The notes under the pieces were generated by a model. The model was given only the letters and a program-made list of their open reading frames with translations. It had not been told where the DNA came from and did not search any database. From Candidatus Lustribacter sp. (lineage in GTDB: Bacteria; Vulcanimicrobiota; Vulcanimicrobiia; Vulcanimicrobiales; Vulcanimicrobiaceae), in assembly GCA_965277805.1 (NCBI GenBank), contig OZ255842.1, positions 5,440,001 through 5,504,000 of the forward strand: a stretch of 64,000 bases of DNA, written 5' to 3'. The position numbers and the translations under genes are program-made. Numbering within the stretch: the first letter of the stretch is position 1; each line of letters starts with the position of its first letter. Shown here piece after piece: positions 8,538 through 18,500 of this stretch.

Positions 8538-9466
8538 TGGCGGTGAATCTTCCGATCGTCGAGCCGCCGCCCGACGTGGCGGCCGACGCGGTGTTCGAAC
8601 TGTCGCGCAACACGGTGTGGAAGCGTTTCCGGCGACATCGCGTGGCGCTCATCGGCGCGATCGTGCTCGCGATCGTCGGAACGTTCGCCGCGCTCGGTCA
8701 CCTCATGTATCCGGTCGATCCGAACGCGATCGATCAGGTGAACTGGACCGGCTATCCGCTGGCGCCGGGCGTTGCGGGGCACGTTCTCGGCACCGACGAG
8801 AACGGACGCGATCTCCTCGCGCGGCTCATCGCCGGCTCGCAAATTTCGTTGACGGTCGCAATTGCCACCGTCGTGATGCAAGTGGTGGTGGGCTCCGTGC
8901 TCGGCGCGATCGCCGGCTACTACGGCGGCTGGGTCGACTTCTGGATCATGCGCTTCACGGACGTCGTGCTTTCGATCCCGCTCTTGCCGCTGCTGCTCGT
9001 GCTGACCGCGATCGTTTCGGCGACGTCCAACAAGGCATCGTTGAGTTTCATCGTGATCATCGTGCTGATCGGCGTGTTGACGTGGCCGGCGATCGCGCGG
9101 CTCGTGCGGGCTTCGTTTCTCAGTTTGCGCGAACGGGAGTTCACCGAAGCCGCGCGCGCGATCGGCAGCGGAGACGTGCGCATCATCTTCCGGCATCTGC
9201 TGCCAAACGCCGTTGCGCCGATCATCGTGCAGGCGACGCTGAATGTGGCGAACGTGATCCTGCTCGAATCCGCGCTATCGTTTCTCGGCTTCGGCATTCA
9301 ACCGCCGCAAGCGTCGTGGGGCAACATGCTTGCGAACGCGCAGTCGAACATCACGATCGCGCCGTGGGTCGCAATCTATCCCGGTCTCTGCATCCTGATC
9401 GTCTCCTTGTCGATCAACTATCTCGGCGACGGTCTTCGTGACGCTCTCGACCCCAACCAGCGCTGA
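8537..9466 (+). CDS. Peptide ABC transporter permease (OppC/DppC-like)
   Basis: LGTDENGRD, EAARAIG, HLLPN, LSFLGFG, GDGLRDALDP; TAGTG overlap start. Confidence 0.92.
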   Translation: MAVNLPIVEPPPDVAADAVFELSRNTVWKRFRRHRVALIGAIVLAIVGTFAALGHLMYPVDPNAIDQVNWTGYPLAPGVAGHVLGTDENGRDLLARLIAGSQISLTVAIATVVMQVVVGSVLGAIAGYYGGWVDFWIMRFTDVVLSIPLLPLLLVLTAIVSATSNKASLSFIVIIVLIGVLTWPAIARLVRASFLSLREREFTEAARAIGSGDVRIIFRHLLPNAVAPIIVQATLNVANVILLESALSFLGFGIQPPQASWGNMLANAQSNITIAPWVAIYPGLCILIVSLSINYLGDGLRDALDPNQR

Positions 9467-10682
9467 GCCGCCGGCGGTCGTCGCGGGCGACCGCCGCGCG
9501 CTGTTGCTGCTGGCGGTCGGTCATCTCGCCGACGACGTAAACCAGAGCTTTCTGCCGGCGCTGTTGCCGCTGCTCGTCGTGCAGCGCCACCTCTCGTATC
9601 AGGCGGCCGCAACGCTCGTGCTCGCGCAAGCGATCAGCTCGTCCGTCGTCCAGCCCGCCATCGGTTTCATCGCCGACAAGTATCCGATGCCGTGGATCGC
9701 CGGGATCGGTTTGCTGCTGGCCGGTTTCGGCATCGCCGGCATTGGCTTCATGCCGAGCTATGCGCTGATCTTCGTGTGCGCGCTGATCAGCGGGCTCGGC
9801 GTTGCGATGTGGCATCCCGAAGCCGCGCGCTTCGCCAACCTCGCTTCGGGTTCGCGCAAGGCGTCGGGGATGCGCTGGTTTGCAGTCGGCGGAAACCTCG
9901 GCTTCGCGACAGGCCCGGTGTTTGCAACGTTCGCGCTGGCAACCTACGGCATTACCGGCACTTTCCTGGCCGCGATTCCGGTTGCGATCATGGCCACGCT
10001 GATGCTGCGCGAAACGGCGCGCTTCCGCACGTTCTTGCCGAAAGGCGGCAGCGCGCGCGGCCGCGTGCCGCTGCCCGATGACTGGTCGGCGTTCGGACGC
10101 CTGACCGCGTTCATCACCGTTCGCTCGACCGTCTACATCGGTATGGTCTCGTTCATTCCGTTGTATTTCACCGGCGTCGTGCACGCATCGCCGTGGATCG
10201 CAAACCTGATCCTGACCACGTTCTTGCTGGCCGGTATCGCCGGCACGATCGTCGGCGGATCGATGGCCGATACGTTCGGCCGCCGCCCCGTCATCATTGT
10301 CGCGATTGCCGCGGCGCTGGTCTTCATCATTCTCTTCGCGGAGATCACGAACGCGCCGACGATGTTCTCGATCGTCGCTGGTTTCGTCGTAGCGATTCCG
10401 CTGGGCTTCATGGCGTTGGGCTCGCAAGCCGCATCGATCGTCCTCGGTCAAGAATATCTGCCCAACCGTCTGGGTGTTGCATCGGGCGTAACGCTCGGGC
10501 TCGGTGTCTCGATCGGCGGCATGTTCACGCCGGTGCTCGGCCACATCGCCGACGTGTGGGGCTTACACGCCTCGCTGCTGACGATCGCCGGCATCACCGC
10601 GCTTACGCTCGCGATCGCCTGCACGCTGCCCGATCCCGAAGCGCGCCGCGCCAAGATCCTCGCCCGAGGTACGCATGCCTAA
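9438..10682 (+). CDS. MFS transporter (Fsr/fosmidomycin-resistance-like)
   Basis: HLADD.NQS.LPALLP, HPEAA, FAVGGNLG and DTFGRR motifs; 12 TM segments. Confidence 0.88.
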   Translation: MTLSTPTSAEPPAVVAGDRRALLLLAVGHLADDVNQSFLPALLPLLVVQRHLSYQAAATLVLAQAISSSVVQPAIGFIADKYPMPWIAGIGLLLAGFGIAGIGFMPSYALIFVCALISGLGVAMWHPEAARFANLASGSRKASGMRWFAVGGNLGFATGPVFATFALATYGITGTFLAAIPVAIMATLMLRETARFRTFLPKGGSARGRVPLPDDWSAFGRLTAFITVRSTVYIGMVSFIPLYFTGVVHASPWIANLILTTFLLAGIAGTIVGGSMADTFGRRPVIIVAIAAALVFIILFAEITNAPTMFSIVAGFVVAIPLGFMALGSQAASIVLGQEYLPNRLGVASGVTLGLGVSIGGMFTPVLGHIADVWGLHASLLTIAGITALTLAIACTLPDPEARRAKILARGTHA

Positions 10683-10842
10683 AGCTACCGTGCAACGCAT
10701 CGCCATCGTCTGTCTCGTCCTCGCCGGCGTCGACATCGTCATGGGACAGAAGACGCTCGCGATGATCTTCGCCGGCGTCGCGATCGCGATCAGCCTCGGG
10801 GCGGGCCTGCTCGCCGGCCGCAAGAGCGGCAAAGGCCGCTGA
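10675..10842 (+). CDS. Small two-TM membrane protein (55 aa), not in the ORF track
   Basis: MPKATVQRIAIVCLVLAGVDIVMGQKTLAMIFAGVAIAISLGAGLLAGRKSGKGR*; start overlaps the MFS stop; GC-rich third codon positions. Confidence 0.6.
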   Translation: MPKATVQRIAIVCLVLAGVDIVMGQKTLAMIFAGVAIAISLGAGLLAGRKSGKGR

Positions 10843-11209
10843 ACGTGATCGACTCGTGGCTGATGGCCAGGCCGTGGCGGGACTCGAGTTGCGCGCGCGT
10901 CGCGTCGTCGAGCGCGTAGTCGACATCTTCGACGGCGCCGCAGGCGGTGCAGCGGAAGTGGGCGTGGTCGCTGGTGGCCGGCTCGTACATCGCCGAACCT
11001 TCACCCGGGATGTCGAGTTTGAGGACATGCCCGAGCTCCTGGAGCCGGGCCAGACCGCGATGAACCGTCGTAAACCCGATGCGCGGCTGCCGCTCGCGGG
11101 CGCGCATAAAAACGTCCTGCGCCGTCGCATGACGACCCGACCCGAATTCGTTGACGACGTCGAGGATCACGCGATAGTTGGCCGGGAGTTTGGGGGTTGA
11201 CGGGTTCAT
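10790..11209 (-). CDS. Fur-family transcriptional regulator (possibly PerR-like)
   Basis: H.TAQDV, IGFTTVHRGL, DHAHFRCTAC and C-terminal CxxC; divergent from the peroxiredoxin. Confidence 0.9.
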   Translation of the reverse strand: MNPSTPKLPANYRVILDVVNEFGSGRHATAQDVFMRARERQPRIGFTTVHRGLARLQELGHVLKLDIPGEGSAMYEPATSDHAHFRCTACGAVEDVDYALDDATRAQLESRHGLAISHESITFSGLCRSCGRRAGPPRG

Positions 11210-11237
11210 CCGATCGGAGTAACCTCATACAGCGACG

Positions 11238-11258
11238 TGGAAGTGAATTTCACTTTCA
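11238..11258. promoter_or_regulatory. 7-1-7 inverted repeat, probable Fur/PerR-family operator
   Basis: AAGTGAA-T-TTCACTT (11241-11255) is a perfect palindrome in the divergent fur/peroxiredoxin spacer. Confidence 0.7.
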
Positions 11259-11291
11259 GTCTACACGAAAAGTTACTGGAGGACAAGCACT

Positions 11292-11846
11292 GTGCTAGCG
11301 AAGGTCGGACAGCCCGCACCCGCGTTCAAACTCAAGAGCACCAAGGGCGCGACGAGCGCCAAGAACCTTGGCGCCGAGATCAGCCTGTCGGATTACAAGG
11401 GCAAATGGCTGATTTTCTTCTTCTACCCGCTCGATTTCACGTTCGTCTGCCCGACGGAGATCCGCGCCCTCTCGGATCGCCTCGACGAACTCAAGGCCCT
11501 CGACACCGAAGTTCTCGGTTGCTCGACGGACTCGGTCCACAGCCACTGGGCTTGGCTGAACACCCCGGTTGCCAAGAACGGCATCGAGGGCGTGAAGTAC
11601 CCGCTCGTGTCGGACTTCACAAAGGAAGTCTCCCGCGCATACGGCGTGCTCGATGAATCATCGGGCGTCTCGGGCCGCGGCCTCTTCATCATCGACCCCG
11701 AAGGCGTGCTCAAGTACGCCGTCGTCACCGCGGATAATGTCGGCCGCGGCGTCGACGAAACGGTCCGCGTGCTCCAGGCTCTCCAAACCGGCGGTCTCTG
11801 CCCGGCCGAGTGGGAACCCGGCAAGGCTCTGCTCACGGTCGGTTAG
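11292..11846 (+). CDS. ahpC: 2-Cys peroxiredoxin (AhpC/YkuU-AhpA type)
   Basis: FFYPLDFTFVCPTE, GRGLFIIDP and LCPAEW motifs. Confidence 0.93.
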   Translation: MLAKVGQPAPAFKLKSTKGATSAKNLGAEISLSDYKGKWLIFFFYPLDFTFVCPTEIRALSDRLDELKALDTEVLGCSTDSVHSHWAWLNTPVAKNGIEGVKYPLVSDFTKEVSRAYGVLDESSGVSGRGLFIIDPEGVLKYAVVTADNVGRGVDETVRVLQALQTGGLCPAEWEPGKALLTVG

Positions 11847-11854
11847 GTTCGCAC

Positions 11855-12319
11855 ATGCCACTTCGTTTGAAAACGCCGATGCCGTCGCTGGACGGCATCG
11901 CCGACTGGGAGAACGGCGGCAAGCCCTCGGATGAGGCGCTTGCCGGCCACCCTGTACTGGTCCACTTTTGGTCGGTGAGCTGCTATATCTGCCACAACGT
12001 GGCCGATGTGGTCGCGGGCTGGCGCGATAAATACGAGCCTCGCGGGCTCAAGGTCATCGCGATCCACCAGCCGCGCGGACCCGAGGAACTAGACGTCGCC
12101 AAGGTGACCGAGGATGCCCGTGGCGAGATGGGGATCACCCAGCCGCTGGGGATCGACAACACGCACGCGGTCGTGAAGGCGTTCGAAAACGAGTTCGTGC
12201 CGGCTTACTACCTCTTTGATGCCAATCACGAGCTCGTGCACCGCCAGGCGGGCGACCGCGGCTTCGAGCGGCTCGAGACCAAGATCGAAGAGGTCCTCTC
12301 GGGCGTTCCAGCTACCTAA
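11855..12319 (+). CDS. Thiol-disulfide oxidoreductase, YkuV/AhpT-like redoxin
   Basis: HFWSVSCYIC, AIHQPR and AFENEFVPAYYLFD resemble Bacillus YkuV; directly downstream of the peroxiredoxin. Confidence 0.85.
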   Translation: MPLRLKTPMPSLDGIADWENGGKPSDEALAGHPVLVHFWSVSCYICHNVADVVAGWRDKYEPRGLKVIAIHQPRGPEELDVAKVTEDARGEMGITQPLGIDNTHAVVKAFENEFVPAYYLFDANHELVHRQAGDRGFERLETKIEEVLSGVPAT

Positions 12320-12329
12320 GAACGCATTT

Positions 12330-12384
12330 GAGGGCGGCCTGGGCGAAGCCCAAACGCGACGGATTCGGCCGCAAGGCCGAATCC
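12330..12384. repeat. Palindromic intergenic element (two hairpins)
   Basis: TGGGC-GAA-GCCCA and GGATTCGGCC-GCAA-GGCCGAATCC; sub-motifs recur at 27877-27899 and 56444-56479. Confidence 0.6.
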
Positions 12385-12389
12385 TGGAC

Positions 12390-12418
12390 TTGCGGGGGTG
12401 CGCGTGGCAGTGTATGCT
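12390..12418 (+). promoter_or_regulatory. Sigma70-type promoter for the tRNA
   Basis: TTGCGG-N17-TATGCT shortly upstream of the tRNA. Confidence 0.65.
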
Positions 12419-12434
12419 TACGCGCGGTCCCCGT

Positions 12435-12521
12435 GCGCGAGTGGCGGAATTGGTAGACGCACTAGCTTGAGGGGCTAGCGGGAGCAATCTCGTGCTGGTT
12501 CGAGTCCAGTCTCGCGCACCA
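12435..12521 (+). tRNA. tRNA-Leu (anticodon GAG)
   Basis: GCGCGAG/CTCGCGC acceptor stem, GGCGGAATTGGTAGACGC D-arm, CTAGC-TTGAGGG-GCTAG anticodon arm, long variable arm, GGTTCGAGTCC T-arm, encoded CCA. Confidence 0.97.
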
Positions 12522-12525
12522 GAAG

Positions 12526-12556
12526 AAAAAGACCACGCTTCCGTTGGTCTTTTTTA
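12526..12556 (+). terminator. Intrinsic terminator after the tRNA
   Basis: AAAAAGACCA-N9-TGGTCTTTTTT. Confidence 0.75.
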
Positions 12557-12608
12557 CTTGCGGTGGCCCGCTGAGCCATATGGGCCAAATGGACCAAGCG
12601 ATGGTCTG

Positions 12609-12637
12609 TTGCTTACCCATTAGGCCCACTGTATAGT
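12609..12637 (+). promoter_or_regulatory. Sigma70-type promoter of the crp/fnr gene
   Basis: TTGCTT-N17-TATAGT; the -10 overlaps an ATAGTAC-N8-GTACTAT inverted repeat. Confidence 0.55.
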
Positions 12638-12652
12638 ACAAAAATCAGTACT

Positions 12653-13453
12653 ATGGTTTTGCGGCAGAATTTTATTCTGAACGCTGTATCTGAAGATGTC
12701 CGCAATCGCGCGCTTCATAAGAGCGCGCTGGTTTCACTTGCGTTCCGTGAAGTCGTCCACGAGCCCGACGAACCGATCCGGCACGTGTATTTCCCGATCG
12801 ACGGGGTCCTGACGGTCGTGGTGCAGATGGGCGATGGGCTCGAACTCGAAATCGCGACCATCGGGCGCGAAGGCATGTCGCCGCTGCCGCTGCTGATGGG
12901 TGGAACGAAGGCGGCGAACCTCTGTTTTTGCGAAGTTCGCGGCACCGCGATTCGCGTACCCGTGTCCGATTTTCGTGCCCTCGTTGCCGCCGATCCGGCG
13001 TTGACCTACGTACTCGAACGATACGTGCAAACGCGCCTCAACGTACTCGGACAACTTGCCGCATGCAATCGGCTCCACAACGTCTACCAGCGTTGCGCGC
13101 GCTGGCTGCTGCTGACGTGCGATCGCGTCAACGCGAATGAGTTTCCGGTGACGCACGAGTTTTTAGCGTCGATGCTCGGCACGCGGCGCTCGGGCGTGAG
13201 CGATGCTGCCTCGGCTTTGCAGGCCGCCGGCTGCATACGATATGCGCGTGGTATCGTACGGATCACCGACCGCAGCGGCCTCGAAAGCGCAGCTTGTGAG
13301 TGTTACGCGCTCATACGCGCGCAATTCCTCAAACTGCAGCAAGACGCGCCGAGTGCCGGCAACGCAAGATTGTACGGGCAATTGCGTACTTTCCGTCTGA
13401 ATCAGACAGACGAGCAAAATGGTATGGGCAATAATAGCCCGGAACTGAATTAA
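12653..13453 (+). CDS. Crp/Fnr-family transcriptional regulator
   Basis: HVYFPIDG, EIATIGREG, ACNRLH...RCARWLL and THEFLASMLGTRRSGVS (HTH). Confidence 0.92.
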   Translation: MVLRQNFILNAVSEDVRNRALHKSALVSLAFREVVHEPDEPIRHVYFPIDGVLTVVVQMGDGLELEIATIGREGMSPLPLLMGGTKAANLCFCEVRGTAIRVPVSDFRALVAADPALTYVLERYVQTRLNVLGQLAACNRLHNVYQRCARWLLLTCDRVNANEFPVTHEFLASMLGTRRSGVSDAASALQAAGCIRYARGIVRITDRSGLESAACECYALIRAQFLKLQQDAPSAGNARLYGQLRTFRLNQTDEQNGMGNNSPELN

Positions 13454-13624
13454 CCGTTCAGTTTTACCTCGCGCCGTCGTTAAAAGCGATGCGTGTTTTG
13501 GTTAGACTCCGCGGCTGCTCACGCTGAGAACAGCCTTCACTTAATAGTCGCCCTGCGGTTTTGAAACGCCGGTTGCACGGCGTTTTCTAAGCCCTTAATT
13601 TCGCATGCCCCGACGGAGCTCTCG

Positions 13625-15478
13625 ATGATTCGAACGAGTCTTAGTTTCGCATTGCCTCTGCTGCTCGCAATCACGCTTAGTGCCTGCGGAGGATCAGGAT
13701 CACAATCGCTCACGCCGTCCGGAGGCGCGGCGCCGCCCGGCGCGCTCGCAGCGGCGCGCGCAACGGCAGCGCCGACGCCCGCACCCGCACCGTTATTTTC
13801 GGGGTACGTTACCGAACTCGCGGCGTACGGATTTAACGCGTGCCCGCCGAGCGGGACGGCGTACATTGCAGGCTACGGGTGTATTCCCGTTACCACGACG
13901 AGCGCGAAGATCGTCGGAACGCAGGCGGCGGGAATGTATTTTCGCGTGTGGGGGACGGTTTCCGGACCGAACGTCACCGCAACGGAAGTCGATTTCTCGA
14001 CGTCTCCTCCGACGCCGTCACCTTTACCGTCACCGTCTTCCGTGCCGACGGCGCCGCCCGTGCTGGCCGGTTACGTCACCGAACTCGCTGCGTACGGATT
14101 CAACGCGTGTCCGCCGAGCGGGAGCACATACATTGCAGGTTACGGATGCATTCCCGTAACGACCACGAGCGCGAAGATCGTGGGAACGCCGGCCGCCGGT
14201 ATGTATTTCCAAGTGTGGGGCACGATCTCGGGACCGAACGTCACGGCAACGGAAGTCGACTTCTCGAAGTCGCCGCCGACGCCGGCTCCGAGCGCAGGAC
14301 CGACAGCGACTCCCACGCCGCGGCCGACCGTTACTCCGACCGTCGCCCCGACCGTTGCACCGGTCTTGCCGTCGACGCTCGTGAACGGACAACCGCTGCC
14401 GGCGGGATTCGCGCCCTATGCTCCTACGTCGGTTTGGAACAAACCGCTCCCGCCGATCACATCGAATTCCTACACCGCGGATTCCGCTAAAATCATTGCG
14501 GAGCAATTCGGCGGCAATCCCGGCAACATGGGCGAACCGTTGCGCGATAACGAGCCCGGTATGTACGACGGCGGACGCGCGATCTATTACGCGAAGACGA
14601 GCGATCCGCTCGTTACAATTCCGTGTTCGACGTTCTACACCGGCTGTTTCAGCGGTCCGGGCGCGCTGCCCGCCTCGATCAACATCCCCGCGCTGGCGCG
14701 CGGATCGCAAGAACCCGGCAACGACAACCGCCTCGACGTCATCGGACCCGACGGCACCGAGCGCGACTTCTATAACGGCGGTTCCACGGTCTTCAACCCG
14801 CCCGGCGGCGGAAACTGGACGAACGGTTCGGTGCTCCCCGGAGGCGGCACCGGAAATTCGTGCGGCAATTACCTCACGGGCACCGGATTGACGACGCCAG
14901 ATGTAACCTACGGCGTCACCGCCGGCGATCAATGTGCCGAAGCCGGTCTCGTCACGATCAACGATCTGCTGACGGGGACGATCAACCATGCGCTGATCGT
15001 CGTGACCAATTGCACGAATCCGGGCGGCGTGTATCCGGCGCGAAATCAAAACACGAACAACTGCACCGACGGCGTCGGTCCGATGCTCGGGTACTGGCTC
15101 TGGTACGACGTCCCGTGTTCGACGACGCGTGCATCGGGCCTCAAACTCTACGCACAGGCCATCCTCTGTGCCCTGAACGTCCACGGCGGCGCCGTCATGG
15201 ATGACTACGGCGGCGGCACGATCGCCGGCGGCATGGGTCTTGCGACCGAGGGCTCGGAGCCGTTCTACGCCTTTTGCGCCAGCGGCCAGGTCTGCGACTA
15301 TTGGAGTAAACTGGCCGCGCAGGGCTGGGTCGGGCTCACGATTCCCGGAACCCCGGCCGGCTATCAGCGATGGTTTGCCGGGGACATGGACGCGAACGGC
15401 AACTGGACCCCGCCGGGAGTGAACTTCGCCGCCCACCTTCATTACCTCAAATCGTGCGTGATCCAGGGGACCTGTTGA
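13625..15478 (+). CDS. Secreted lipoprotein with two internal repeats, Pro/Thr linkers and a Cys-rich C-terminal domain
   Basis: Lipobox LSAC; duplicated ~72-aa module; PTPTP linkers; function unknown. Confidence 0.85.
   Translation: MIRTSLSFALPLLLAITLSACGGSGSQSLTPSGGAAPPGALAAARATAAPTPAPAPLFSGYVTELAAYGFNACPPSGTAYIAGYGCIPVTTTSAKIVGTQAAGMYFRVWGTVSGPNVTATEVDFSTSPPTPSPLPSPSSVPTAPPVLAGYVTELAAYGFNACPPSGSTYIAGYGCIPVTTTSAKIVGTPAAGMYFQVWGTISGPNVTATEVDFSKSPPTPAPSAGPTATPTPRPTVTPTVAPTVAPVLPSTLVNGQPLPAGFAPYAPTSVWNKPLPPITSNSYTADSAKIIAEQFGGNPGNMGEPLRDNEPGMYDGGRAIYYAKTSDPLVTIPCSTFYTGCFSGPGALPASINIPALARGSQEPGNDNRLDVIGPDGTERDFYNGGSTVFNPPGGGNWTNGSVLPGGGTGNSCGNYLTGTGLTTPDVTYGVTAGDQCAEAGLVTINDLLTGTINHALIVVTNCTNPGGVYPARNQNTNNCTDGVGPMLGYWLWYDVPCSTTRASGLKLYAQAILCALNVHGGAVMDDYGGGTIAGGMGLATEGSEPFYAFCASGQVCDYWSKLAAQGWVGLTIPGTPAGYQRWFAGDMDANGNWTPPGVNFAAHLHYLKSCVIQGTC
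13802..14284 (+). repeat. Intragenic direct repeat (13802-14017 / 14069-14284)
   Basis: GYVTELAAYGFNACPPSG.(.)YIAGYGCIPVTTTSAKIVGT.AAGMYF.VWGT.SGPNVTATEVDFS occurs twice with synonymous differences. Confidence 0.9.
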
Positions 15479-15484
15479 CCGCTT

Positions 15485-15516
15485 CGGCCCGCCTTCACCG
15501 GCGGGCCGTTTCTTTT
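15485..15516 (+). terminator. Intrinsic terminator
   Basis: CGGCCCGCC-TTCACC-GGCGGGCCG followed by TTTCTTTT. Confidence 0.8.
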
Positions 15517-15582
15517 GTCCGAAACAAGCGTGACGGGGGCGCGTATATCGAATGACCTCGCTTAGGGAGTCCTCATTCCGTT

Positions 15583-18500
15583 ATGTGGTTGACCCGGTTT
15601 TCTATCCAGCGGCCGATCATCGTGGCTATGCTGTTCATCGCTCTGGCGGTCTACGGCATCTTTTCGTTTTTCCAGATCGGGCGCAGCCTCAACCCCAACG
15701 TGACGTTCCCGATCGTGGTGGTGTCGGCGACGTATCCGGGCGCCTCGCCGGCCGAGATGGAACGGCTGGTCATCAAGCCGATCGAAGATCAGATCGACGG
15801 CATCGACAATCTCGACCAGATGTCGGCGACGGCGGAAGAAGGCCTGGCCGCCGTCATCGTGCAGTTCAAGCTCGACACGAACCTCGATTACGCCGCGATT
15901 GACGTGCAGCGCCGCGTCGATACCGCGCGTGTCTACATGCCGACCGATCTCGATCCGCCGCTGGTCGACAAGAGCCAGGGTTCGTCGCAATCGCCGATCC
16001 TTACATTGGCGCTCAGTTCGCGTTCGATGTCGGCGACGGCGCTCTCGGATCTCGTCGCAAACCGCATCGTGTCGGACATCCGGCACGTGCCCAACGTTCA
16101 GAGCGTGGACGTCAGCGGCGAGAGCAAACGTGAATTTCACGTGCTGCCCGATCCGCTGCGGTTGATGGGCACGGGCGCCACGATCGCCGATATCTATCAG
16201 GCGATCAACGCGAATAACGCGAACGTGCCGGGCGGACGGCTCGAAGATTCCAATGCCGAGACCGACGTCTCGATTCATTCCGACGTCGTGCGCGCGAGCG
16301 ATATGCTTGCGATCCCGCTCAATATCCCGGCCGCACTCCTCGCTTCCGGTTTCTCGCCGTCAGCGGCGAACGGGCTGCGCGTGGGCGACGTAGCGACGAC
16401 GGACGACGGCTACGTCGAGCAGCGCATCATCTCGAAGTTCGACGGTGCGCCCACCATCGTCCTCAACGTCAACCGCATCATCACCGCCGATGAGATCAAC
16501 TCGACCAAGGTGCTGCGCGATCAGCTCAAGACGATCGAAGCGCGCTACCCGACGGTCCACTTCGAAGAAGTTGGTGCGCCGGCGGACTACACGCAGAAGT
16601 CGCTCGACGGCGTGCTCCAGAGTTTGGTCGAGGGCATCGTGCTGACCGCGGTCGTGCTGATGCTCTTCCTGCACGCCTGGCGCAACGCGCTGGTCGTCAT
16701 GATCGCGATCCCGGTTTCGCTGCTCACCACGTTCATCGTGATGAAGCAGATGCACTTCACGCTCGACATCGTCTCGCTGATGGGCGTGTCGCTGATCATC
16801 GGCATCTTGGTCGACGACTCCATCGTGGTGCTGGAGAACATCACCCGGCATCGAGACCTCGGGCAAACGCCGTTCGACGCGGCAATTACCGGCCGGGGCG
16901 AAATCGGCGGTGCGGCAGTGGCCATCACGCTCGTCGACGTCGTCGTCTTTCTGCCGATCGCGTTTCTCTCGGGTATCGTCGGCAAGTATATGGTTGAGTT
17001 CGGCGTCGTCGTCGTCGTTGCGACCCTAGTGTCGCTGCTCGTTTCATTCACGCTCACGCCGATGCTGGCCGCGCGCTGGTCAGTCGTCAAACGCAGCGCC
17101 GCTCCGCCGAAGTCGCTAGAGTGGTTTCAGAACGCGTTCGATCGCTTTAACGCTTGGTATCGCGACCGCGCGCTGCCGTATGCGCTCCTGCATCGCTGGC
17201 AGACCGTCGGCGTCTGCGTCGCGCTGCTCGTCAGCGCGCTCGCGCTGCCGGCCCTCGGGCTCGTGTCTTCGGAATTCATACCGAATTCGCAAACGGGATC
17301 GATCGAGACGACCTTGACCTATCGGGCCGGGACGCCGATTACCCAAACGTCGGCCGCGGTCGATCGTCTGGCGAACGGCATCATGCAACTGCAGTACGTG
17401 CACGCCACGCTGAGCACCGTCGGCGTGAAGCCGGCCGGCTACGGTGAGACGACCGGCGGCTACGTGGCGAAGATGACGGTCGAACTCGACAAGAATCACC
17501 GCAACGCGACGAACGATGTGATCAAGAAGATCCGCACGCTCGGCTCGCTGGTTCCCGGCGGCATCCTCACCGTTGCGGGCGAGGGTAATTCCGAGCCGAT
17601 CTTTTACACGCTCTCCGGCCCCGAGGACCAGCTTCAGGCCGGCGCCGACAAGCTCGCGGCTCTGATTCGCTCGATCCCGGGCACCGTCGACGTGCACACC
17701 GGCACCGAGAGCGAGACCAATCGGCTCGACATCAACATCGACCGTGCGAAGTGCGCGCTGCTCGGGGTGAATCCGGGCACGGCGGCGACTGCGGCCCGCA
17801 TCGCGATCGGCGGCGCCGTGGCGACGCGCGTTCGCACCGAGACGGGCCTGGTCGACGTGCGCGTTCAATTGCCGGCCGCCTACCGCAACCGGCTCGCCGA
17901 CGTGCAAAAGATCCAGGTTCGCGCAAACGACGGCGTCAGTCTCTACCGCTTAAGCGATCTCGCCTCGTTCAGCTTCGCGCCGGCGCCCACAAAGATCGAA
18001 CGCCTCGACAAGCAGCGCATCGTCCGCGTGAGCGGCGGCTTCGACGCCGGCGCGACGACGCTCGGCGCCGTGACGCAAAAGATCGACGCCGCCGTCAAGG
18101 CGCCCGATTTCTTTCCCGAAGGCGTCGCGTTGCGGGCTGACGGCGACAGCCAGTTCTTCGCCGAGACCTTCAGCAGCATGGGCCTCGCGATGCTGACGTC
18201 GTTCGCGCTCGTGTACGTGCTGATGGTGATCCTCTACAGTTCGTTCCTGACGCCGTTCGTGATTATGTTCTCGGTGCCGCTGGCGCTCGTGGGCGCGCTC
18301 TACGGTCTCGCGCTGACGCATCAAACGCTGAACCTGTTCTCGATGATCGGCATCATTATGCTCTTCGGCCTCGTCGCGAAGAACGGCATCCTGCTCGTCG
18401 ACTACGCCAACACCCAGCGCCACCGCGGGCTGCGCGTGCTCGAGGCGATGCGCACGGCGGCGGGCATTCGCTTGCGTCCGATCGTGATGACGACCGCATC

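Noticed and set aside
12500-15583. Prophage or ICE integrated at tRNA-Leu
   Set aside because: No integrase, phage genes or duplicated tRNA 3' end seen in the window.
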